This document shows positions 22,420-34,843 of a DNA stretch of 64,000 bases, piece after piece. The stretch comes from Chlorokybus atmophyticus (Eukaryota; Plantae; Mesostigma and Chlorokybus algae). A model generated the notes under the pieces. That model was not told the origin of the DNA. It searched no databases and saw only the letters and a program-made list of their open reading frames with translations. The stretch lies in assembly GCA_009103225.1 (NCBI GenBank), contig RHPI01002656.1:310001-374000 (forward strand). Reading direction: 5' to 3'. The position numbers and the translations under genes were made by a program. The first letter of the stretch is position 1. Every line of letters begins with the position of its first letter.

Positions 22420-24977
22420 ATGGAGGGCGATATGGCGGCTGCGGCGGCGGCGGCCGGCGTGGCGAGGAGAGAGGTCTGCCAAGCTGTTTGTTGATTGTTG
22501 TGCGAGGGTGAAGCACGAGCATGCTCTCGTCAAACCATGCGTGACAGCTTTGACCTTGCGTTGGTGGAGTGTCAAACTGCTCTCGCAGGATGGCTTCTTC
22601 GTCGGCTCCATTGCTGACGCGATCGCTGCCGCCAAGGCCAAGCAGCTGATGCTTGTCGTGGTCGTCCAAGGTGAGGCCAGTTGAGGAAGCAAAAGTATGC
22701 TTTGATTTAGCCGGTGCATGGGACGTCTGTCGTGATTGCTTTTGCAATTAGCAAGGTGACTTGCAGCTGTTTGGCAGTAGGGTAGTGAGTTGGGCATGCG
22801 TTTCAATAAATCTCAACGTGGGTGAAGTACTGGAACCACACCAGCCTGAGCGCCAGCTTGCACTGCTGCTGCTTGCTCGGCTGTGTTGATCTTATTGTTG
22901 CAACGGCAGGCCATGATGAAACCAGCCTGCGCATGGAGCAGATATGGAGAAACCCAGAGGTAAGGTCCGGAACACTCGCATTGTGTTCTTGCAGCGAGCG
23001 GCTTGATGAGACATGTAGTAAAGCGAACTTAGTCAGGTTGCAGCTCGACTTTAGCTGCGCAGTACTTTTCTTGTTCGCCGTGCGCACGAAACTCCTACAT
23101 GCCAATTCCTTGCTCGCACGTCTGAGCAGGTTGCGGCTTTTCTGAGCTCAAACGCTGTGGCGCTCAAGCTTGCTGAAGGGAGCACAGAAGCTGGCCAGTT
23201 CCAAGCTATATGTAAGGCACCTAAGGAGGACCATGTATGCATGCATCTCTGCATCGCGCGTGTCAATGCAGTATTTGCTGTTGCAACATATGTTGTGTGT
23301 TGTGCTAACTGACGCTGTTGCATAGATCCGTTGCAAGCTATACCAGCCGCTGCAATCATCAACTTCAATGGAGCCCAGCTGAACCTCTTGAGTAAGTGAC
23401 GCATGTGCCTGAGGCATGCATGCTGTCAGCACGCAGCCCACTGACTATAAGGTTGATGCAGCTGGTTTCATATCTGCAGAGGCATTGCTGTCAGCTCTCA
23501 GCACTGCCAAAAGGTCACTAGATGAGCAGGTATGTTTCGTCCTTTGTTGACAAGGGGGTGCATGATGTACAATGGAAGGTTGCTGTTGTAAAGTTGCTGC
23601 ACGTTGTCATGCACAGGTAGCAAAAGCTGCAGCAGCTGCTGCGGTGTTGGCGTACATGGCCTCGAACAACCATCAACGACCCCCTGCAGCTGCTGCTGCG
23701 CACACGGCAGGCGTTGCAACAACTTCAACACCGTCACCTAGCTCAACAACTACACCATCGCGCACGCCAAGAACAGCCTCTGGTCCTCCAGTTCGCACCC
23801 CGCCCACAGCTGCTGCGCATGCAAGCACGACTCCAAAACAAAGTTCAACAAGCGTTGCAGCTACAAATCGTGGGTTACACGAAAAAGGAAAACAGGCTGT
23901 CAAGGAGACAAGATCCGAGGCTGCATCTAAACCATCAACAGAAGCTGTCCAAGCAAAACCACCAGAGCCAATCAGACCTTCCAAGCCGATGGTGGCGCAA
24001 ATTCAAGTACGGCTGACTGATGGATCCAGCTTGAGATCAGAGTTTGCACCGGATGCGCTGTTAAGGGATGTGCGGACGTACATTGACATGGTAAGCATTG
24101 AATAGTGGTTGCAGCTGCATGACATGTGGCTTCCCAACGTCACAGCAGAAACCAAGTGCGAGATTTTGTTGCATTGCCGACGAGCCGTTTTGCAGCTGAG
24201 TGCAATGTTGCTAAGGTTGTAACTGAGAATTGTCGGTCCTTGTTGCTCCAGACACGCACGGATGGCGGTGCCAAGTACAGCCTTCTCAGCCCGTACCCTC
24301 GTCGCACATTTGTCGAGAGCGATTACAACCGGGCGCTGTCGGAGTTGGAGCTGACACCCAGTGCCACGCTGATTCTAGCCGTAGGACAATTCACTCACGT
24401 CATGATTCTGTCTTTGTTGCTTTTGCCTCTGGCTTTGTTGAGCTTGCTGCATGCGTTGAATGCTGATTGCCGATTGTGACACAGCGTGACCAGTTGATTA
24501 CGTGTCGCCATGCTTCTTACCCAGCGTTGCACAATGCAGCCACAAGCAGCTACTGGCGATGACAGCCAAGCTTCAAGCTCAGCAAGAGCTGCAACACCTT
24601 CTGCTGCTTCACCAACTGGGAGCGGGTTGCTTGGTGGCGTGCTGTCGTACTTCAATCCTCTCGGTTACTTCAAGCAAGGTGATTCCGCGGCACCAGCAAC
24701 AACATCAGCAACTGCACACGCTTCACCACCGAGCACACCTCCAGATGATGAGACTCAGCGTGCCAGTGCATGGGAGTATGAACCAGACCAGCAGCTTGAG
24801 ACGAAGTTGCGCCGACAGCAACAACCACCGCAACAACCTCAAGTGCGCGACGGCCTCACACGCAGAGCAGGGCGCGGGGGGAACATTCACACGTTGTCGC
24901 ATGCAGTCGACGATGACCCGTCGAGGAACATGTACTATAACGGCAACTCCACGCAATTTGGCGGTGATAAAGATTGA
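22420..24977 (+). CDS. PUX11: UBX-domain protein, plant PUX11 / animal UBXN4 type (multi-exon; start approximate)
   Basis: Exons encode FVGSIADAIAAAKAKQLMLVVVVQG, AAGFISAEALL, the UBX domain AQIQVRLTDGSSLRSEF...YSLLSPYPRRTF...LELTPSATLIL, and the C-terminal GNIHTL...MYYNGNSTQFGG. Introns are GT-AG. Confidence 0.88.
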
Positions 24978-25939
24978 GTTTCTGGCGTGGTGCCTTGTGT
25001 ATATGCTTTTCTGCTACAGCAACTTCATGTGTTGTTTGTTGCGGTCTGTCATCGTTATGCTGTACAACAAAGAGCATTGCTCGATTTGCTGAAAGAGCAG
25101 TGCTCTGTGAGCAATGCATTGTACGCGTTGCTCACATGCACTTCTGTACACAGCCCGTGTGGGCAGGTTACTCACATTAACAAGCATGTGTGCATGTCTA
25201 ACGAAGGTGTGTGTGTAGGAGCGTGTTAGGTAGAAATAAGCAGTAGATAGTAGCCCGGTGGTGTCGCATGTAACCGTCATTGCATGTGGTTGAGTTTGCG
25301 TTTGTGTGCGCGTTGCATGTATACACAGCCACGACATCCAGTGCCGCAGAGGGAGTTTTCAGACCTGCCCTTTAGAGCATGCGTGCGTGCGTGTACTGAT
25401 AAAACCCTCAGGCGGCAGTCGACGAGACGGCAGTAGGCTGGCAGAGGTGGCGGTGGGGGTGTACAATATATAGGATGCAGGGATTGTGGCATGCATGAGA
25501 GTGCAAGGCCTACTTCACTAGCAACGCCAACCACACCCAACAGCACGCAACACTTACATTCACCACCGGGTGTTCCACCTACTCACTACCTACCTAACTT
25601 CACTACTAGCCCAAACCCCGTTAGACAAGCATGCATGCACGCGGCAACACCTGCACCACGACCGTTGTTTAGCGGCCCAATCGTCGAGAAGGGGCAGCAG
25701 CCTCAGCAGACCCAACGGACTCCCCCTCCTCCGCCCACATCACCGCCGCCACCCGCCACAACTGCGTCGTCCATTCTGCTTGACGCAACTGTGTCGTTAG
25801 AATCTGCGCATGGGCGCGCAGCATGCATATGCACAGCACGCCGCACTCCCTGTCGCCGTGTCGTTGCTGTGTGCGCCTGCTTCGATGACACGGGAAGTTG
25901 GTACTGCTCCCCATGCACTCAGATGAATGCATAGGATAC

Positions 25940-28032
25940 AGGGATTGCGGGATCGACTGGGGTCTGGAGCAGAAGCAGGAGCACGTGAGGGACCAGAGTT
26001 CATATCCAACACGGCTCTCGTCCACACCTTGCGGTCGTGGATGGCCTGGGCTGTTAAAAAGGCTTGAAGCAACGAATACCCTTATGGTCGGGTATTTTTG
26101 AGAGCGTTGTCCACTGTACTATTTAGTGGAGGCTCCAATTGGCTGACGAACACCACGGCGGCAGCTTCGTCGCTGAGGATCTTGTTGTTAGTGTCCTTCA
26201 GCAGCTTAACCATACGGGTGTAAATGCGCAGTGGGTCCTTCCCTGCTTTGCGCCAAAAGTGTCCCAACTCCTCCACCTTCTGACTGGTCTATGGTGGGAA
26301 TGTGCGCCGAAGTGCCAGATACAAATCCTGCAGGGGTGACAATGTACGGTTTACCCTGACGGTGAGGGCGGGATCTCGTATGCTGACTGAGCCTGAAGAC
26401 AGTGTACTGACTGCAGCCGTGTCTTGGGTTCCCTGAGTCCTTGTGTGGATTGGAGTGTCAGGTATGACGACGCGTTGTCGTGCTTGTGCTTCCTCAAGTG
26501 CAGCTTGTTGCTCTGCCATTAGCCTGAACGCCAACACTTGCACCTAGAACCGGCGTGCTTGTTGCGCTGCTGCCAACTCGCGGTCGACCAATGCAGGATC
26601 AATTGCTGGCATATCTGCTTCAGCTCTCAACTGCGCTGCGGCCAAAGCTTCCGTTAGGGTAGGGCCTTGCAGTGGGGCAGCTGGACCAATGGGCGTGACA
26701 GGGACGCCAGGAGTTGATGCCTCCATGAGGAGAGCTTTGGTGCCGGCCAGAACTCCGTACCCTCCAATCTCATGCTGTGCATCAACTAACCTATACACCT
26801 CATGTGCCTCGAGATCTAAGCAAGTTGCAGCCATGCGAAAAGACGTTACATTTGACCAGTTGGGAGTTTTTATCGCATGGTAGCTCATCCTGCAATTGAA
26901 ATTGATGATCCATTCGTCCAGTGGTGTTGTGCCAAGATGTCCGGAGAAGGTGAGACCATGAGTGGAACCGGATGCCTCCATGTCGTCGTAGTCGAGCTGA
27001 TCGATGAAGCCTTTAACGTGATGACGAGACCGTATATGGCTGAAGTCGCTGGTGGTCTCCTCGGCCATAGGGGAAAGCCCATAACGATGAGTGAACTCTC
27101 TGACTGGTGTAGACTCACTCATGCAAGTCGCACGGTGAGCGCAGGAGAGAGTGAGGCAGAGTGTGTGTGCTCTACTGGTGCTCCCCCAATGCTACCACCC
27201 AACACATTAGTGCTTGTAAATGCACTATGTGCTGGCAATGATCACACAACACTTATGCAACCAACGCTGTTGCCAGCATGCAAGCCACGCTGATGCACGA
27301 CACTCACTTGTACAAGGAGGATGACACTGTAAGTCAACAAGCCACTACTACAAGTAGTGCTGCTTGTATAGTGCCTTGAATGAGGTCCAGATAATTCCAC
27401 TGTTAAGTGAGGTGTATGAATGCGGCAACACGTGGACCCACAGTCTGATGCGGACTACACAACGTGCACCCACACAGTCTGATGCGGACTACACAACGTG
27501 CACCCACACAACCACAATCACATTAAGTGACAAGCAATGCACGTGTGCATACACTGCATTCTCTTATGTGTAGATGTGTCTTGGCAACCGGGGCGGCGAG
27601 GTGATGCCGTCACATCAAGCCACAACAACTCAGAGCAAGTCCCGAGCACTCCGAAGATCAACATCCGTACTTCTCAATTCCAAGTCTTTCAGTTCTCATT
27701 TACAGTGTCATCAACGTACAGAGACTAAGTTCTAAGCCTTTATAATCAGGTGACAACCGTGCAGTCCAAAGATAACGGCTAGTTTACGAAATGGCGAAAT
27801 GGTAGATTAAGCGTAAGTCAAACTCGCAACGGATCAGCTAGTACGGCTGGTACTAGGTACCTACAAAGACTGACTAACAACTGTTTCGTGTTGCGGGACT
27901 CATGCCAATAGCCGGGGTCGGTGTCTGGCTGTAGGCTGATCAAGAGGGTTACTGATGCTGATAGCACGGGAACGATGCCTGGCTGTAAGCATCAACGAGG
28001 AAGTTGGCCCCTCTTGGACCGCTGGCATGACA
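25940..28032 (-). mobile_element. copy 4 (minus strand): 5' end, leader and N-terminal gag of a more divergent subfamily
   Basis: The 5' end TGTCATGCC is at 28032. ORFs 26544..27122, 26289..26543 and 26082..26276 give TTPLDEWII, LQDLYLALRRTFPP and LSDEAAAVVFV. The leader motifs are conserved. Confidence 0.88.
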
Positions 28033-28967
28033 CTATTGCGACTACAACAACAACAATGCTGGTGGCCACCACCTCAACAACATCGGGGCACGCAAGGAAG
28101 AACCTGAATATAAAGGGAAGAACCGCCCTCCACATCGCAAAGAACCTAAGGGACGTCCGCGTGCTGGAGCTGATGTTAAAGCACCAGCCAACTCACTAGC
28201 CGTCGACCAAGTTGCAGCCCTTATGGCACGCGTGGCATAGTTGGAAAAAAGTAAGGAGCAGGACTATTAGCCTGCTACGCTGTCCGTTGGGCATTAATGG
28301 CACAATAATGGGAGAGGGACACTCCCACGCCATCGCGTATGCAACTGTCAAGAGGTGCGCGCAGAGAAGCTGTCGCATTATCAACAGCGGCATCGCCGAA
28401 GGCAACAAGTGAGGCTGCATCAGCAGCCACAACCATCGCGCATGCAACCGTCAAGAGTTGCGCGCAGAGAAGCTGGCGCATTATTAACAGCGGCATCGTC
28501 GAAGGCAACAAGTGAGGCTGCATTAGCAGCCACAACCATCGCTGGGACAACGCCGTCGACACCAACCGGCGCAGCAAGAGTCTAGCACCACATTGGCCCC
28601 AGTGATGGAAAGCACCGACACCGCATGCATCTATGGCTGCAAAACCCATTGATGATGAAGGCACCACCCTTGCTACGGTTGAAGCCGGTAAAACTAGGCA
28701 GGTTTGCCGCTGTACTCCCAGCCGCGTTTACCATAACAGCTTCTGTTGGTGCCACCACCTTTGCTGCCGCTGATGCTGTTGCACCCTCTGCGGTTGTTGC
28801 ACCATCTGCAGTCGCCACTGCCGCCGCATCATCGGAGGGTCGTACAGCCCCTCCACCACACCTTGATGTCACTCAACAAGTGCTGCGCGGACCACAAGCA
28901 GAGCGCGCCTGGGTGTCCGTCTTATGTCACATTGAACCAACAACCATTGCGTACGGTTCAAGGGGGC
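28033..28967 (+). pseudogene. copy 5: degenerate gag fragment flanked by the 5' ends of copies 4 and 6
   Basis: Nucleotide similarity to 10350-11306, with a deletion and a ~75-bp internal duplication at ~28370-28520. Confidence 0.88.
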
Positions 28968-29410
28968 TGTCATGCCAAATACATTCGCATGCCAATCCTC
29001 CTCGAGCATGCCTACATCTAGCCCCAAGCCCGGGCTACCAGAATAAAGACCGCGTGCGACCCAGCCTACTGCTAGCTACTTCGTACTTCATGTAGCATGT
29101 AGCTAGGGCTACTTTATAGACCTCTCTGTAGAAACCGCGCGTAGCTGATCAGTTAGGAATCTGTTATTAATTCATGTGCTACATCGAGTCTTAGGGGATT
29201 TTCATAGTATCATATGGCCTCAATGTGACCGTTGGCCTAGTGCCCGCGTGGCATTGCACAGTCATGATTTGACATATGTAAGTAGGAAGTCATGTCACTA
29301 GACTCACTGGTGACACTTTGAGTGAGTACTAAGAGTAAAGACTCTGACTTTAAGAGCTTGTGAAGCGACTTGAATGAAAGCACACCGTTCCGGTTGCCAA
29401 GACCACCGCT
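28968..29410 (+). mobile_element. copy 6: truncated 5' end and leader inserted into the gag of copy 5
   Basis: It starts TGTCATGCC, then shows GAGCATGCCTACA, CAGTCATGATTTGAC, TGGTGACAC and AAGAGCTTGTGAAGCGACTTGAA blocks shared with 8150-8500. Confidence 0.85.
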
Positions 29411-32400
29411 TCAACGGGTGCGACCCTGCACGGTGCTTTCAGTCATTAATTTGCCAATGTTTGTCTTGGATCAATTTCATGGCAATTAGCAGGTCTGGTC
29501 CCCGTGGGGTGGGATCGGATGTGCTGCTCAGCTCCGTTACCACTGTAACAGCGGCGCCTTAACCATTAGGCTATGGCAAAAATCGTTGCCATAGGAGCCA
29601 CATGCTATTTAACCATGTCCCGTATCCACGATATGACAGTCATGCAACAACATATATAACACTGACACTGTGTCGTGACGATGTCAAAACGAAGATTATT
29701 AATCCTGGCGAAGTCCCCCTGTTCCAATGAAAACGAGAGCTATTTATTGTACAAATTTGTTTTCATGTGACAAAAAGTCATGCACTAGTAGTGTCCCCAA
29801 ACGATGAATATAGCGCTTGAGCAGTAAAGGAAACCCTAGTGCAAGAACCAAGCATAAAGGGAGAACCTGGAATCTGACAAAGAATTGCAGTTACAGTTAC
29901 CTACCCCTGCTACTCCTCCCTTGCCGCTGCCTCCTCCTCAGTTCCTTCGCCACAATACCGCTGCCTTCGCTGTCTTCGCCTTCAACTTCGTCACAATCGC
30001 CGTCGTCATAATCGTCATTGTCGCCATTGTCGCCTTCGTCGGCGGCAAATATACGCAATGCAGCCGTAACAATAAAAAAATGTGATGCAGACACAGCATT
30101 CATTAAGACATTGCATTGTTTATGTAAGACAAGCAATCATACATACAGTGTACTTTATGAGCCTAAGACCTAGACATCATTTATTCTAACTCGTGATAAA
30201 ACAGTACAAAGTAAATCAATCATGGCACTGTGTGATGTGCAATTGGTTAAGCCACCGCAGCGGAAGTCCTAGTGGCCCTCGAACCTCGTGATCACGAGAT
30301 TGAAGTAGTATTGAGCACAGTAAGTATATGAATACCGTAATCATGGCATATTCGTCAGCTGCATTATGGCGATTTTCGCATCAAAACCTCATTAGATAAT
30401 TGTAACGTCATTGTGTTGTGTGATACTTGTGCCACTGGTTGTGGCCCACAATAGTGCGGTGAGAGTGTTGCAAGCATAGTTCTTAACGGGAAAAGCTACC
30501 TCTATGCATTTGCGATACTTTCATGTCTGGGCCCATTGCATCATATATATAGACATGTCGAATCCACCCTAAAGTAGTGACCACAGATACATGAGAACAT
30601 TGGATTACATGCACAGTGCCGTTGTTCGGTGTAATCATCAATGCTCACTGTAGTGCAATACACCACCGTTTGCCTTACATTGCCTTACATATTTAAACTT
30701 GAAATTGTGAATGTAAACAACACAAAGCGAGGATTTAATGAAACGTACCACATCTATAACTTCTTGAGTTTGCACGACTTTTATTAATTGCAAAACGTAT
30801 TCAGAACCCTCCCCCCTTATTCGTAAGAACGCACATTGTTAATGCTTCTATAATTAGGGGGGTGGGGGGGTGAGGGGTGGGGGGGTTGTGTACGAGTAAC
30901 GCTACGCAATGCCGTGAAAACTTATAAAAACATCAAGATGTCCTTACCATATCATGCAACGTTGATTAGTCATCATTAAATGTCATAAAACCTAATCAAC
31001 GTCCTTCAATTCAATTGTTGCCCTCATTGTCGTAACACTCCCTACCAGCACCAATTGTCCTTACAACAAGCAAAATGTTAGCCACCATAAGGGGCCACAT
31101 TTGCCTCCAGAATAGAATATTCAACATCAGTATTATTGCCGAGAGGAATCATAGTAAAAAGTGCAACTACATTGAGGGTAGACTGTACCGGAGGTAGCGT
31201 ACGATGCTGGGATGTGCATGGCATGAATCACATCATGCATGGTTATAAATAAATATATCTATATATATTTACATATACATATATATGTATGCATATATAT
31301 ACATACATATACATACATATATATATATATACATACAACATTGCTTATTTAGTTAGGTTATGATTATTCGTATACATGCACTTGTATGCTATATGTCACA
31401 ACTTTCTTCACAACATTGCTATATGTCACAACTTTCTTCACAAGAAATGCAAGGCGCTCATTTCATTTGAGATGATAAACCTCAATCAACATCATTTTGC
31501 CATAACGTTGAATTGAACCTTAACATTGTGCATGCGTGCACATTGTGCCCGTTGCAATGCACTTTCTCTTTCAAAGTTGCATGATGCAAGATGCCAAGCG
31601 TTGGACTATGTATACATGTATACGTGTACCTACAAATCTGCGTGCGTGTCACGCATCAATAGGCGAGGATCGCACACATCAATTTGGCCAATTTCTTGCC
31701 ACGCCTCTATGATGCATGCATTTTTGTGTCTTTACACAAGCTTGTCATGTTATATCATTGATCACTTGCCGACGTTGCAAAAGTTTATGCCTTCAGTGTC
31801 TTGTCGCTTCAGCGTGATCAAACACCAGTCGTAAGTCGCATGATTGCAATGTATGCACAAAGTATAATGGAGACACGAACTGCTTGTGCGGGCCCTCCAA
31901 GGGATTAATGATTGTGCTAATTGGATTGATATACACATTCATTTGCTGACATTGCGTATTGGTACTTTAATGTTACATTGACTTGTTAAGACAAAGATGG
32001 TATTGATACTTTGATGTTACGCTATCAAACTAGTGCTGCATTAAAACTTCGTTTCTTATTAATTATGTAAGGGTGCAAAGCAAAATGCAATGACGTTATT
32101 TAGCACAATTGTGTACTGTTTGTGTTGTGCGTGTTCAGCACTGGAGCATGCATTCAACAGAGGCCATATGTATATGAAAGGGACTTCCTGAGGCAAAGAT
32201 CCGATTACAGTAAACTTTAACGCATAGATTTGACGAAGTTGCCTGTATAGACGGCATATGTATGCCCTTGTTTCAGTCGTAACATAAGTTTATATTGAAT
32301 TTTTAAGTTGAGGATTTAATATGCCACATTAACACCAGGGACGTAGCTTAAAGACTTATTGAGGACCAAATGAGCTCAACCAACGCCTGTTGCTCATGTG

Positions 32401-34310
32401 ACTTAATGGAACACCCTCATTTCGTAGCAGCCTTCCGAAGGAGTCCGCACGCACGCACGCATGCACGCTTTGTGTGTGGCACACACGCACACACACAACT
32501 CGTGTATATATATATATATACGATCGGCCCGCAGTTTCATTTACGGCTGCGAGGGCAAACAGAATGTGTACACCCTCTCTTAATTGCGCATTAACCGGGG
32601 TCAGCGATTAAATCCAAACTTTCCCCTTGCGGCCACCTTTTTGCGGCAGAAGCGCTATCGCAAAGATGCGCTCTCAGTTTGGGTGGGAGTTGCAATTGAG
32701 TTCTAAGTAATTTGCCTTCAATAAGGTTGCTATACTATCACAGGAGTCTTGCAGTCTGTGCGAGTACTATCATTGATTGTTTCGGTCTGAACCCGAGATC
32801 GCCCGAAACTGGCACAAACCGCTTGTGCCAATACCTGCAAATAACCATAAGCTACACCACCCAAAACCCTAGGTAGGCGCCTCTCCCTGCAGTGCAAGCG
32901 ACAACTACCAGGTAAAACCACCTCCCAACCCTAGGTAGGCGCCTATTCTTTGTTGCAGGCGTTAACCACAAGGTAAGCACCCTAAATCCTGGGTAGACCG
33001 CTCAGATACGCCCCACACATGAGGGTAAGGAAGGCCCCTTGAACAAATCAGCTAAGCACCCCAAACACATAGCAAGTGAGCACCAGACTTGAGTTAAAAA
33101 CTCTCTCTTACCAACACCATGCTGGCCTCGCCTGTTATACTCCTCCTTGTTGTCTTCCCACTTGGCCACAGGCGAACTCACAAGGCATCCACGCTTGTGG
33201 CCCACATTGCGCTTACACATCAGATTCTCTCGGCACTTGCGGCACACACAGGCACTTTAAAGAGCCATTAACTCCTTGTCACCCACAGTAACAGATAACA
33301 TGCATGCTCGTGCATGCATGTGCACATTGATCAGCTCTGTGCAAGCTGTTTATCAATGCATTGTACAATTCATCATGCTCAAGGCTCATGAGCTCAAGGA
33401 CTGACTGCATGAGCGAACCATTTACGTACTGCACCCACTTAAGCAGTTGAACTCCCATACAATCATGCTGTCAACATAGCAGCCTGAGAGTGATCATGCC
33501 TTGCCTGCTATGCGTGACAACTATATTTCCTCCTCTTTGCGTGCTCAGCATCACGTGCTCCTGCCCCAGGCGGCGCCGCCAAGCGTGACGCCGCATGCCG
33601 TGACGTCCAACAGCCAGCGATGATCACGGCCCGGCTCTGAAGCTACGGGGTCCACACGGCGGCCACGTGTCTTAAAAGGGACGAAAGGGCATAAATCTCG
33701 TTCGCTCATGCGAGACGACGTAGTCGGCTTGACGCAAAAAATCACATACCTCTCGTCCCGTAGCGCGTCATGCGTGCAGGTACGACCGCGGCCCACAAGA
33801 CAACGTAGCAAATGCGCCCTCTTCGGCATGATGGCCACACGCATAGCGCATGACGGCCGCCGTTAGCGCCTAACAGTGGATGTGGTAACCCTGGATGTGT
33901 CCTAACAGCTGTGCGGAACATGTCCATCGAGATACGCAACGCGGGGAATACGAGCATGGCGAGCCGCCAAGCGCCTGCACCGACACCCGACGCCGATAGT
34001 CGGCGCGCCTTGTCTTCCGCTGTCGCGCCAGTATCATAGGTTAATGCCACCTCAACATCAACGGCGCTAAGATCGTCTTGCAACTTGCGAGCCTCCGTGC
34101 GTGGCATCGCCGTAAAAAGCGAGAGAAGGGGGCGCGCCGCCGGTGGCAGCAACAGGCACAAGCGGTTGTGTGTCAGCACTGGCAAACAACCGCAGTACCG
34201 GCGGGTAACGCACCTACTGATAACCGGTTGGTGCAGATATACAAAAATGCAGACCTTTGCATCGGCACACCTAAATCTATTGCCAGTGCTGTTAAGCGCA
34301 TTGAGCGATG

Positions 34311-34843
34311 ATAACATGTGCTAATATTGGCACAAAACGTTCAGCTGCCCGGGTTGATTATATATATATGTTCATGTTGATAATCATGTGCACATTGAGG
34401 ACATCATCATGCTCAAGTCATATGGTTTATAATTATAAACCATATACCATAAGCGCATGTGTAAACCTAAGTCTACTAGTAAAGTCGTAGACTCAAGATT
34501 GACACTGTCGCTGAAGTGTCCAAAATAGATCAGATTGAACTTCATCATCAGCTCCGCAGCTCAGCACACTTATATATGGTGCTAGTGCTGGCACGGCAGC
34601 GAGTGCTATTAACATGTGCTAGTGTTGGCACAAAACATTTAGCATGTGGCTGATACTATGTTCATGTTCATGATCATGTGCATATTGACCCAACAAGTGG
34701 CATTGAAATAGCATTAACCATATGATATGAGCGCATATTTAAACTTTAGTAACTATACAAAGTTGTAGACTGAAGATCGACATTGTTGCTGAAGTATTCA
34801 AACTAGGTTATATTAAACTTCAGCGTCTGCTCCGCAGCTCAAC
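34311..34843. repeat. degenerate ~300-bp tandem duplication
   Basis: 34311-34566 and 34610-34843 share AACATGTGCTA-T-TTGGCACAAAAC, TGTTCATGTT, GACT-AAGAT-GACA-TGT-GCTGAAGT and GCTCCGCAGCTCA blocks. Confidence 0.75.

Noticed and set aside
25470-25950. 20-nt direct repeat (25470-25489, 25931-25950) as the TSD of an insertion
   Set aside because: It has two mismatches, and there is no poly-A, terminal repeat or coding signal between the copies.
30300-30620. Possible Ulp1-like protease remnant on the minus strand (VYIYDAM; N.HDYGIHIL)
   Set aside because: It needs several frameshifts and rests on two short motifs, so it is not supportable without a profile search.
32838-33003. Three degenerate ~60-bp units containing AACCCTAGGTAGGCGCCT
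   Set aside because: Too short and irregular for a CRISPR-like or telomeric array. This is a minor local duplication.
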